45,909 nucleotides of DNA from contig CAVFWY010000001.1 of the NCBI GenBank assembly GCA_963626175.1, forward strand, positions 1 to 45,909, written 5' to 3'. Both the position numbers and the translations under genes were made by a program. The stretch's first letter is position 1, and every line of letters begins with the position of its first letter. This stretch comes from Gemmiger sp. Its GTDB lineage: Bacteria; Verrucomicrobiota; Kiritimatiellia; RFP12; UBA1067. Below, one piece after another: positions 1-7,481 of this stretch. The notes under the pieces are model-generated. The model worked only from the letters and a program-made list of their open reading frames with translations. It did not search any database and was not told the DNA's origin.

Positions 1-863
1 ACTGGGGCAAGGATCTCTCTGGCACGGTGCAGGGCGCGGGCGGCGTCGGCGGACTTCTCTACCTGACGGTTGATGGAGCGACCTACATCCCATGCTACGA
101 CAACAACGGCAACGTCACGCGCTATCTCGACGCGAACGGCTACACCGTGGCTCAATACACCTACGATGCCTTCGGAAACGCCATCTCAAAGTCTGGACCT
201 CTCGCCGACTTCTTCCGCCACAGGTTCTCATCGAAATATTTTGACGGCGAAACAAGTTTCTACTACTACGGCTATCGCTTCTACCATCCGCTCCTGATGC
301 GCTGGCTCAACCGCGATCCAATAGAGGAGAAAGGTGGGGTGAACCTGTATGGCTTTTGCGGTAATAATGCAGTTTTTAACCTTGACACATTAGGCGAGAA
401 GATTGCAATCATGGAAGACCGCTACAATGTCAGAGATAATATTGGCAGGAAGAGCAGGGCTTATTTCTCGCGAAAATGCTCTATAAAAATTTACTGTACA
501 ATGTTTGGTATTTTGCGAATAGACGGCACAGCGCATAGAGAACTGTCCATCCTGACTCCTGGACATGATAGATGGAATGAACGGTATAAGAGATACAATG
601 CGAAATGGGGCGTCGAGCGTAACTCAACTCAAGAATGGCAAGCGGCGTATGCTCATGAAATGGATCACTGGAACTCGTTCAATGCGCTATTTTCTTTCCT
701 AAAGATGTTGAATGAATTTGATGGAACTCGTCTATGTTCAAAATGCAACGAGATGAAAGAGGCGTTAGAGAAACAATATCGCGTACTGTATACGAAAGCA
801 GTAATGCGGTCTTCAAAATATGACAGTTCGGGTTTTAATTATGGAGGTGCTTATCCGAAATGA
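1..863 (+). CDS. Rhs/YD-repeat polymorphic toxin, C-terminal part (5' end lies outside the window): end of Rhs core plus variable HExxH tail
   Basis: The frame is open to the window edge (WGKDLSGT precedes the listed start and parallels FWGADKSGTEQGAGGVGG in the second Rhs). YD-repeat signature YTYDAFGN is present. Core end reads RFYHPLLMRWLNRDPIEEKGGVNLYGFCGNNAVFNLDTLGE. A 154-aa variable tail follows and contains HEMDH (nt 654-668). GC drops visibly after about nt 360. Confidence 0.85.
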   Translation, partial: WGKDLSGTVQGAGGVGGLLYLTVDGATYIPCYDNNGNVTRYLDANGYTVAQYTYDAFGNAISKSGPLADFFRHRFSSKYFDGETSFYYYGYRFYHPLLMRWLNRDPIEEKGGVNLYGFCGNNAVFNLDTLGEKIAIMEDRYNVRDNIGRKSRAYFSRKCSIKIYCTMFGILRIDGTAHRELSILTPGHDRWNERYKRYNAKWGVERNSTQEWQAAYAHEMDHWNSFNALFSFLKMLNEFDGTRLCSKCNEMKEALEKQYRVLYTKAVMRSSKYDSSGFNYGGAYPK

Positions 864-1264
864 AAAAAGCGATTATGGCATCGGCAGCATTAATTGCAAT
901 ATGCGCGGTCTCTATCGTGTTCATTAGATCCCACATTAGTAGACGAGAGCGGAATCGCTACGATGAGACTGTTGCGATATTGAATGGTCTTACGATGGTT
1001 TCGGAGGAGCGTTTGACAAATGTATGCCACGACGCTTGGGGACATGAGATGCGCGTAGAGCGAGAGGGTGCTTGCTGGACCATTGTTTCCTTAGGGCACG
1101 ATCAAGTAGATCCTTCTGATGACGTTGTCATGAAATGGAATCCCAGGCTTGGCCAATTAAACATTGACTTTAATTATGACGGGCAGATGAATTCATATTC
1201 AATGTGTGAGGAGCGCGAGACTTTGTCCGAGGAGGCAACTGGGGGAAAAGCGGAGAAACCATGA
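860..1264 (+). CDS. Small N-terminally membrane-anchored protein, candidate cognate immunity for the upstream Rhs tail; GspG-like C-terminal motif
   Basis: ATGA start/stop overlap with the Rhs gene. N-terminal hydrophobic helix AALIAICAVSIVFI. DAWGHEMRV...IVSLGHDQVDPSDD resembles the DPWGxxY...SLGADG core of T2SS major pseudopilins. Low GC. Confidence 0.65.
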   Translation: MKKAIMASAALIAICAVSIVFIRSHISRRERNRYDETVAILNGLTMVSEERLTNVCHDAWGHEMRVEREGACWTIVSLGHDQVDPSDDVVMKWNPRLGQLNIDFNYDGQMNSYSMCEERETLSEEATGGKAEKP

Positions 1265-2775
1265 GCCGATACAAGGAGCGATCTGACACAACGAATGCGG
1301 CGGATTCCGTCTCGGTCGCCCGCGAATGGCTCTACAACCGCCACTCGGAACTCGCCGCCGCGAGCGTCGGCACGAACCGCTACGGCTACGCCTACGACAC
1401 CATCGGCAACCGCCTCTGGTCGGCTGCGAACGCCGTGACGAACGGCTACGCGGCGAACAGCCTCAACCAATACGTCTCCATTCTCCGTTCCCCCGACTCT
1501 CCGTGTGAGCCGACTTACGACGCCGACGGCAACATGACGGGCGACGGCAAGTTCGCCTACGCCTACGATGCCGAGAACAGGCTCGTCTCCGCTTGTCCGA
1601 TAACGGCATCCGATGGCGCGGCGGCCGTCGGAAACCACTACGACCACAAGAGCCGCCGTGTCAGAAAGATCGTCAAGAAATACGAGGACGGCGAATGGCG
1701 GACATCCGAAACGCACACGTTCGTCTGGGACGGCAACAACATCGTCCTTGAAAAGGTCGAGTTCACCAACGGCACGACCCGCACGTTCGAGTATTTCTGG
1801 GGCGCGGACAAGTCCGGCACGGAGCAGGGCGCGGGCGGCGTCGGCGGGCTGCTGGCCGTGTCGGTGGACGGCGTATTCTACATTCCCTGCTACGACCACA
1901 ACGGCAACATCGTCCTCTACGTCTCCGAGACGGGGAGCATCGCCGCGCAATACACTTACGACCCGTATGGCAACATCATCGAATCATCAGGCCTCCTCGC
2001 CAATGTGTTCACCTTCGGATTTAGCACGAAATACCACGACTGCGAGATCGGGCTTGTCGCCTACCAGCGCCGATGCTATTCGCCCGCCCTTGGCCGTTGG
2101 CTCAACCGAGATCCCATAGAGGAGGAAGGAGGCGAGAATCTATACGGATTTTGCGGAAACAATCCGATTCTGTACGTTGATATTCTCGGAGAGGACTTCT
2201 GGGGCTATTTTGTAGACGCTGCGAAGACAATATCAGGGGCGTTCACGATAGCAGCCGGATTTACTCTTGGCGCAACCACCGGATGGACTGGCATTGGTGC
2301 GGCAGGAGCTGTCGGGCTGATTGCAATCGGTGCGGATCAATTTGCGAGTGGCGTACGAAATCTCGCAAACAGGGCGCGAGGGCGAAGTGCGTCAAATAAC
2401 ACCTATGTGCAGATTGCCTACAAAAATGCGGCACGAAAACTCACGGGGCGTACAGAGTCTGGACTCGAAAAGACATTAGACACTATGTATTTTTCTGCCG
2501 AGGTTGTGTCGGCTTGTGCAACAGGGACAATGTCAATACGCGGCTCTATCGCGGCAGTTCGCTGTATCGGCCCGGCAAGAACCGCCGGACATTGGGTCGC
2601 CGTCAATGGTTACGCCAGATATGAGTTTTACATGACGGCAAGTGTTTCAACCGTGGAGGCGGGAGGTGTTGTGGCAACAGAGACATTCAGTACAATAATG
2701 AGCGGAATAAGTTTCTTCTCATCACCGACAAATGATGTCGACTCTGTAGATATTGAAAGGCCTAGCAATGATTAA
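1261..2775 (+). CDS. Short (orphan-type) Rhs/YD-repeat protein with a different C-terminal toxin tail (glycine-zipper hydrophobic segment)
   Basis: ATGA overlap with the previous gene. YD repeats present (YAYDTIGNRL, YDADGNMT, YAYDAENRL, YTYDPYGN). Core end is RCYSPALGRWLNRDPIEEEGGENLYGFCGNNPILYVDILGE (E311 at nt 2191-2193). Unrelated 193-aa tail begins DFWGYF...GAFTIAAGFTLGATTGWTGIGAAGAVGLIAIGADQFASG. Confidence 0.85.
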   Translation: MSRYKERSDTTNAADSVSVAREWLYNRHSELAAASVGTNRYGYAYDTIGNRLWSAANAVTNGYAANSLNQYVSILRSPDSPCEPTYDADGNMTGDGKFAYAYDAENRLVSACPITASDGAAAVGNHYDHKSRRVRKIVKKYEDGEWRTSETHTFVWDGNNIVLEKVEFTNGTTRTFEYFWGADKSGTEQGAGGVGGLLAVSVDGVFYIPCYDHNGNIVLYVSETGSIAAQYTYDPYGNIIESSGLLANVFTFGFSTKYHDCEIGLVAYQRRCYSPALGRWLNRDPIEEEGGENLYGFCGNNPILYVDILGEDFWGYFVDAAKTISGAFTIAAGFTLGATTGWTGIGAAGAVGLIAIGADQFASGVRNLANRARGRSASNNTYVQIAYKNAARKLTGRTESGLEKTLDTMYFSAEVVSACATGTMSIRGSIAAVRCIGPARTAGHWVAVNGYARYEFYMTASVSTVEAGGVVATETFSTIMSGISFFSSPTNDVDSVDIERPSND

Positions 2776-3127
2776 CCATAACATACTGATTTGCATTATC
2801 ACTTTTGCCATATTCATTCTTGGCTTTACGACCAGAAGATTTGGTTTGTCTGCCATTTTGATCATGTTGTCACTCGTGATTGCCATCTTTCTTTCTGACG
2901 ATGAAGTTCCATTTCCTTACGGGTGTGTGGTCTCGATCTTTTTGTTCGTTGCTGCAATAGTGCTTCACGGAAAGAGCTCCGGGAAAAACTCTTTACTTTA
3001 TCAATACAGCCCATACAACCCAAACGGGAGACTTCCGATAAAAATGCGTCTCGTTCTCCTGATACTTGGTGCAATTGTGGCACTGACAACTCTCTTGGCA
3101 GCGATATGGACCTGGTTGACCAAATAA
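2766..3127 (+). repeat. Direct repeat copy 1 (~362 bp, about 90 percent nt identity by eye to 4262-4623)
   Basis: By-eye alignment. Homology begins at caATGATTAACCATAA and ends at GGTTGACCAAAT just before the stop. The central part is nearly identical and the ends are more divergent. Confidence 0.9.
2768..3127 (+). CDS. Polytopic small membrane protein, candidate immunity for the orphan Rhs tail (copy 1 of a duplicated gene)
   Basis: Lies immediately after, and slightly overlaps, the Rhs stop. Three to four hydrophobic helices. 119 aa from MINHN. About 89 percent aa identity to 4264-4623. Low GC. Confidence 0.7.
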   Translation: MINHNILICIITFAIFILGFTTRRFGLSAILIMLSLVIAIFLSDDEVPFPYGCVVSIFLFVAAIVLHGKSSGKNSLLYQYSPYNPNGRLPIKMRLVLLILGAIVALTTLLAAIWTWLTK

Positions 3128-3208
3128 GGATGTGCATTCCGTTGGTCGCCACAATTGCAGGAACTTTTCGCAGTCCGAATTCGAGGCTGCGCCAGGAGAA
3201 AGAATAAA

Positions 3209-3616
3209 ATGAAAAACATACTGATTGTCGTTGTCGTCATCGTGGCATTTTGTATTGGCTTCGTGTATTCAAATGCGATGTGCGTTTGTCCGAAGGATTT
3301 GCTGACCGCAAATCGTCTATCAGTCATTGAAAGAGCCACAAGACAGTTCCTGAAGGACAAACATAGGATGCCGTCCGGCATAGACGAGTTGATAGCGGCA
3401 GAATACACGGAAGATGGCACGGACGGTTGGGGCAACAAAATCGAATACATGATTGTCGACGGCCACACGGTCAAACTGTCTTCTTCGGGCGACCCAAGAA
3501 TGACATCCCATTTCAACATCGAATATCGTATCACGAAAACTTTTTCTGTGCGGAGCAAATGGGGCGCGGATTCGGATGATTCTGCAAGTCATAGCCGTCG
3601 TCACGAAGGCTTTTGA
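3209..3616 (+). CDS. Membrane-anchored GspG-like (pseudopilin-fold) small protein, no prepilin cleavage motif
   Basis: ATG at 3209 is preceded by GGAGAA. N-terminal helix ILIVVVVIVAFCIGFVY. DGWGNKIEYMIVDGHTVKLSSSGDP resembles the GspG C-terminal core. The listed ORF start at 3155 was trimmed. Confidence 0.65.
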   Translation: MKNILIVVVVIVAFCIGFVYSNAMCVCPKDLLTANRLSVIERATRQFLKDKHRMPSGIDELIAAEYTEDGTDGWGNKIEYMIVDGHTVKLSSSGDPRMTSHFNIEYRITKTFSVRSKWGADSDDSASHSRRHEGF

Positions 3617-3657
3617 CAAATGACCGCCATTAAAGATGTTTGAAAAGATGGGGCAAG

Positions 3658-3840
3658 ATGATGAATGAGAAATCACTCCTGGTTCTATGTTATTTGATTA
3701 CAACGATTTGCATGTTGCCGTTTGCAAAGCGGTTGCCAAAGCGTTGGCTCGCTGTTTCAATTCTGTTTATCCCAATCGCGATATATGGTCTTCTGCTACT
3801 CCTGTTTGTGGTTTTGGCGCTGATTTTTGGAGATAAGTGA
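3658..3840 (+). CDS. Small two-helix membrane protein (hypothetical)
   Basis: 60-aa ORF with two hydrophobic segments, co-oriented and tightly packed in the low-GC block. Start is uncertain (ATG at 3658 or 3661; the listed 3640 is TTG). Confidence 0.45.
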   Translation: MMNEKSLLVLCYLITTICMLPFAKRLPKRWLAVSILFIPIAIYGLLLLLFVVLALIFGDK

Positions 3841-3887
3841 AACGAGGATTGACCTTGAAATGGCGGAGGAATGAGCGGAGGTGGCAA

Positions 3888-4217
3888 ATGAAGCAAAGAA
3901 TCATAGATGCTATTAAGGAAGATTGGCGTATTCAGGCATGCCAATTTGAATATCTGCCTCATCTCAGATTAGGCTTTGTCATGTGGCATGTGGTCGTGTT
4001 CGCAGGGCTGTTGCTGCTGTGTTGTTTTCTGACTCCCCTCGGCTTGCTAAGTGTCCCGTGCGTAGTTTCTTGGGACTATTTCGTTTTGTTTGACAAGAAA
4101 CGTCGCGCATTCAAAGACGATTACAAATTACAAAGATATGAATTCATCGGCACTACTTGGGCGAGCATTGTGATTAGTGCCGTGGTCATAGGTCTTATAG
4201 CCTCGTGGTCGAAATGA
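3888..4217 (+). CDS. Small membrane protein (hypothetical)
   Basis: ATG at 3888 is preceded by GGAGG at 6-nt spacing. Hydrophobic helices VVVFAGLLLLCCFLTPLGLL and IVISAVVIGLIA are present. The listed GTG at 3837 is less likely. Confidence 0.55.
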   Translation: MKQRIIDAIKEDWRIQACQFEYLPHLRLGFVMWHVVVFAGLLLLCCFLTPLGLLSVPCVVSWDYFVLFDKKRRAFKDDYKLQRYEFIGTTWASIVISAVVIGLIASWSK

Positions 4218-4261
4218 GGTCGTGATAAGTGCTGAATGCTACATAAAGTCGAATGGGCTGA

Positions 4262-4623
4262 CAATGATTAACCATAATCTCCTAATTTGCATCATCACGT
4301 TTGCCATATTCCTTCTTGGACTTGCGACCAGAAGATTTGGTTTGTCTGCCATATTGATAATGTCGTCACTTGTGATTGCCATCTTTCTTTCTGACGATGA
4401 AGTTCCATTTCCTTACGGATGTGTAGTCTCGATCTTTTTGTTCGTTGCTGCCATGGTGCTTCACGGAAAGAGCTCCGGGAAAAACTCTTTACTTTATCAA
4501 TACAGCCCATACAACCCAAACGGGAAACTTCCGATAAAAATGCGTCTCGCTCTCCTGATACTTGGTGCAATTTCGGCACTGGCAACTCTCTTGGTAGCGA
4601 TATTGATCTGGTTGACCAAATGA
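4262..4623 (+). repeat. Direct repeat copy 2 (pairs with 2766-3127)
   Basis: See copy 1. The copies are offset by 1496 bp. Confidence 0.9.
4264..4623 (+). CDS. Polytopic small membrane protein, paralog (copy 2) of 2768-3127; candidate orphan immunity
   Basis: 119 aa from MINHN. 13 substitutions relative to copy 1. Same length and same frame. Confidence 0.7.
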   Translation: MINHNLLICIITFAIFLLGLATRRFGLSAILIMSSLVIAIFLSDDEVPFPYGCVVSIFLFVAAMVLHGKSSGKNSLLYQYSPYNPNGKLPIKMRLALLILGAISALATLLVAILIWLTK

Positions 4624-4949
4624 CGACACAAACACTGCTTCTAATCGTATACCTTGCAATTATGACGGTATTTTCTCATTTGATGCGGAAGTGGAGTGTC
4701 GGCATTCTTCTAATACTGCCCGTGCCGTTCTTCATTCACTTAACCGCAAGGCTTGGATGCCTCTGGATTCTCGTGGTTGTATGTCTAACCATTCTTGATA
4801 TACGGAAAATGCGAGAGACGTCTGTGTTTGTTAAATACAACCCAATGGTGGAGGCCTGCAAATTACCCAAAGGGTGCATTCTGACCTTTTGCATCCTTGC
4901 GGTGATCGTGGTGCTCATAAAGTTTCTGATGATTTCTTCTGGAAAGTAG
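4620..4949 (+). CDS. Polytopic small membrane protein, possibly a divergent member of the same family as 2768/4264
   Basis: ATGA overlap with the 4264-4623 stop. Four hydrophobic segments. KYNPMVEACKLPKGCILTFCILAVI resembles SPYNPNGKLPIKMRLALLILGAI in the duplicated genes. The first 67 codons of the listed ORF overlap the previous gene out of frame and were trimmed. Confidence 0.6.
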   Translation: MTTQTLLLIVYLAIMTVFSHLMRKWSVGILLILPVPFFIHLTARLGCLWILVVVCLTILDIRKMRETSVFVKYNPMVEACKLPKGCILTFCILAVIVVLIKFLMISSGK

Positions 4950-5062
4950 GGGACGGTTGTCAACGATGTCAATCATTAATCTCGCCATATTGGGCATTGT
5001 GACTTCTGGAGGCCACGGCCTAAAATGTGGCTGGCAAACCTTCTATCATAAGGGGATTTATT

Positions 5063-5395
5063 ATGGCAAGTAGGAGATTGTTGAAATACGTGCGGCTCGT
5101 TCTGATGGTGATGCCTTTTGTTGTTCCCTGGCTTATTGGTCTTGTTGAAGGGCGGTGCGGCAGAATTGTGGCATGGAATTACGCAATGATGGTTCTTCTT
5201 GTCGTTTCGTTGATCGCATTATACGCATGGGGGTTGATTGAGGCGTTTTCTTGCAAGCACAAAGCGGATAGATTGTATAAGTTGTTCGTGTTCCATTTTG
5301 TAAAGGTGCCATTGTTCGTATTGGTCTGGTTCGTCCATGCGATGATTTTCATGTTTTATTGTTTGCGCGTCAATGGGTTCGACGGCGTCCAATGA
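5063..5395 (+). CDS. Small polytopic membrane protein (hypothetical)
   Basis: ATG at 5063 is preceded by AAGGGGA. Three to four hydrophobic helices. Confidence 0.55.
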   Translation: MASRRLLKYVRLVLMVMPFVVPWLIGLVEGRCGRIVAWNYAMMVLLVVSLIALYAWGLIEAFSCKHKADRLYKLFVFHFVKVPLFVLVWFVHAMIFMFYCLRVNGFDGVQ

Positions 5396-5415
5396 TTCGA
5401 GAAGGGAAAGGCAAA

Positions 5416-5964
5416 ATGAAACACAAGACAAGATTTCTTCTGCCCTTGTTGGCGGCGTCGATGGCAATCGCTCTCTGCGGCGTTGCCATTGCCCAGTGGG
5501 ATAGGGTATTTATAGGTCTCCGCCGAATCCCCGTCGTTGGGTTGATTGTTGAGTATAATTTCACGCCATCAGACTATCGAACTCCGCGACTCGATGTTCC
5601 GTTGCGCGGGAAAGCGACGGGCATTCCGTTCTCATGCAAATATCGCGGAAGATACGAGGTCAACGTCCTTGGTTGCGATGTCGCAGATTGGGAAGAGAGC
5701 AATTTTGGGATGTCCATGTCCGTTCGGGACGAGACCGGCAGGCTGGTATGGGCAGCCGCGCAAAGCAACGAAGTCGCCCTGCTGAGTTACCGCGAAAACG
5801 GAACCCGATACATGCGGTATTGCTATGCTGCCTTTTCTGTGCCGGATGATTTGCCGGTCGGTGTGCCGCTTCGCTTCTCGTGTTCATGTTTCGGTGACAT
5901 CACATCGTTTCTAAAGAGCAACCCGAATGCCCGGATTGCGATAGTGAAATACCATGACAAGTAG
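5416..5964 (+). CDS. Secreted or periplasmic hypothetical protein
   Basis: ATG at 5416 is preceded by GAAGGGAAAGG. Signal-peptide-like N-terminus MKHKTRFLLPLLAASMAIALCGVAIAQ. No recognisable domain. Confidence 0.6.
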   Translation: MKHKTRFLLPLLAASMAIALCGVAIAQWDRVFIGLRRIPVVGLIVEYNFTPSDYRTPRLDVPLRGKATGIPFSCKYRGRYEVNVLGCDVADWEESNFGMSMSVRDETGRLVWAAAQSNEVALLSYRENGTRYMRYCYAAFSVPDDLPVGVPLRFSCSCFGDITSFLKSNPNARIAIVKYHDK

Positions 5965-6083
5965 GTCGCCAAATCATCAGGACAATTGCCCAGACTATGC
6001 CGACGATTTGCGGGCTGAATATTACAGGCTGTTGCTTGACATCAAAACAAGGTGTAAGTGTGGCTTAAGATGAGGAAATCAGT

Positions 6084-6479
6084 ATGAAAGACTTGTTGGA
6101 AAACCTTTCGCTCTTTGGGACTCTTATTGGTTTGGGTGCGATATGGTTCGTTATTCCTACGCTTGTCGTTTTCCCATTGATGTATCGACTCAAAAAAGGG
6201 GAGTGGCGTTTCCCTTGCAATTTTATGGATGTTATAACCATCTGCTCCGTCTGCATCCTATGGGCGAAGTTCGCTCATGATGACGCTCTCGGTAGAGGTT
6301 TGGGGTTATTGTGTGATCTCATTGCCATAGGCCTTGCATATGGATTTTTATTCCTGATTCGGGCGCTGTTTCTTTGGCGGAACATTAGAAATCGCATGAT
6401 GGCATCCATCTTGACATTGGTTTTGTCCGATGTGGTTATGTTGCTTCTTGGGATGACCGGTATAATGGGAAAAGAGTGA
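6084..6479 (+). CDS. Polytopic small membrane protein (hypothetical)
   Basis: ATG is preceded by GAGGA. Four hydrophobic helices. Confidence 0.6.
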   Translation: MKDLLENLSLFGTLIGLGAIWFVIPTLVVFPLMYRLKKGEWRFPCNFMDVITICSVCILWAKFAHDDALGRGLGLLCDLIAIGLAYGFLFLIRALFLWRNIRNRMMASILTLVLSDVVMLLLGMTGIMGKE

Positions 6480-6549
6480 AACTGCTTACACATCATTACG
6501 ACACGAAATCCCGCCGCCCAGATCAACAACCTTCATTAGGAGGAGCAAG

Positions 6550-6723
6550 ATGAGATTCTTAGTTTATGCGTTGCTTTCGGCACTCTTGCCGTTGTTCATC
6601 TCGGTGTTCCTTTATCGAAACAAGAAGTGCAGCCTATGGACTGTTGTTCTGTCTCCTCTGGCGGGTTGTTTCATTTTTATGCTATCAATCCTCATCCTGT
6701 TTCTTATAAGCGGGGATATGTGA
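6550..6723 (+). CDS. Very small (57 aa) two-helix membrane protein, below the ORF-track cutoff
   Basis: Read directly from the sequence. AGGAGGAGCAAG precedes ATG at 6550. Translation: MRFLVYALLSALLPLFISVFLYRNKKCSLWTVVLSPLAGCFIFMLSILILFLISGDM, stop TGA at 6721-6723. Confidence 0.4.
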   Translation: MRFLVYALLSALLPLFISVFLYRNKKCSLWTVVLSPLAGCFIFMLSILILFLISGDM

Positions 6724-6767
6724 TTGCTGGCGGGGTTGGAAAGAGCACCACAAAGGGAGGATGGTCG

Positions 6768-7127
6768 ATGAAATCGGTTCTGGCAACATTTCTCATTGTC
6801 ATCGCGTTCATAGGGGGATTTCTCTTCAATGGGCTAATGACAAGAGTCCCCAAAGACGCATCCACTCGTGGCCGGCTGATGAGGTTAAAGAGCGACATTG
6901 CCGCCTACTATGACCGGAACAAAATCTTGCCAGAGTCGTTGGATGAGCTGAAGATGTCTGGTTCGGCATCCGATGAATCCGTTCCGATGGAGAATGCCTG
7001 GGGCGGTCCAATCTTGTATTCGGTGACAAACGGAACGACAGTCATCTTGACGACCTATGGCCCTGGCGGAGCAGAATCCGAGGTGAAGCAAGAATTCACA
7101 TTGACATTTGATGTGAATGAGAGATAG
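6768..7127 (+). CDS. Membrane-anchored GspG-like (pseudopilin-fold) small protein, no prepilin cleavage motif
   Basis: AGGGAGG precedes ATG at 6768. N-terminal helix LATFLIVIAFIGGFLF. RLKSDIAAYYDRNKILPESLDEL followed by ENAWGGPILYSVTNGTTVILTTYGPGGAESE matches the GspG helix plus DPWG...GxDG pattern. Confidence 0.65.
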   Translation: MKSVLATFLIVIAFIGGFLFNGLMTRVPKDASTRGRLMRLKSDIAAYYDRNKILPESLDELKMSGSASDESVPMENAWGGPILYSVTNGTTVILTTYGPGGAESEVKQEFTLTFDVNER

Positions 7128-7481
7128 CAAATGTTGTCCGGCCATGGAGTGTGTTGGATGATCGTTTTGAAAAGGCATTGCGAGACGCAGGGTAGAGGCT
7201 ATGAAAGTTGAATCAGAAAAAATGGAAATATCATCTCCGCGAAAAAGTTGGCGGAGAAGTTTCATGGTTCAGCATGATTCGCCATTCAACCGCTCGTCAC
7301 ACTTCGGAATATGCGAAAACACTGGGGTTTTCGATGATCGGCATCTCCGCCCGCCACGAGTGTGACGGGGTTCGGTGTCGTTCAACCACCACCATTAGCC
7401 GCGCAGAATGGGAGACATCCTCAGACCTCCTTCAGACATCCCGCACCTCAAGATTGCCGTTGCTCGGTTGCGCGGCATTTA

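Noticed and set aside
1-7130. The low-GC block considered as an integrative mobile element or genomic island with defined ends
   Set aside because: No integrase, transposase, tRNA gene or flanking direct repeats are visible. The left end lies outside the window. It is therefore annotated as a toxin/immunity accessory region, not as a mobile_element feature.
7240-7262. Hairpin CTCCGCgaaaaagttgGCGGAG downstream of the island considered as an intrinsic terminator
   Set aside because: It has a 6-bp stem with a 10-nt loop and no following U-tract, and it lies about 110 nt after the last stop codon. The evidence is insufficient.
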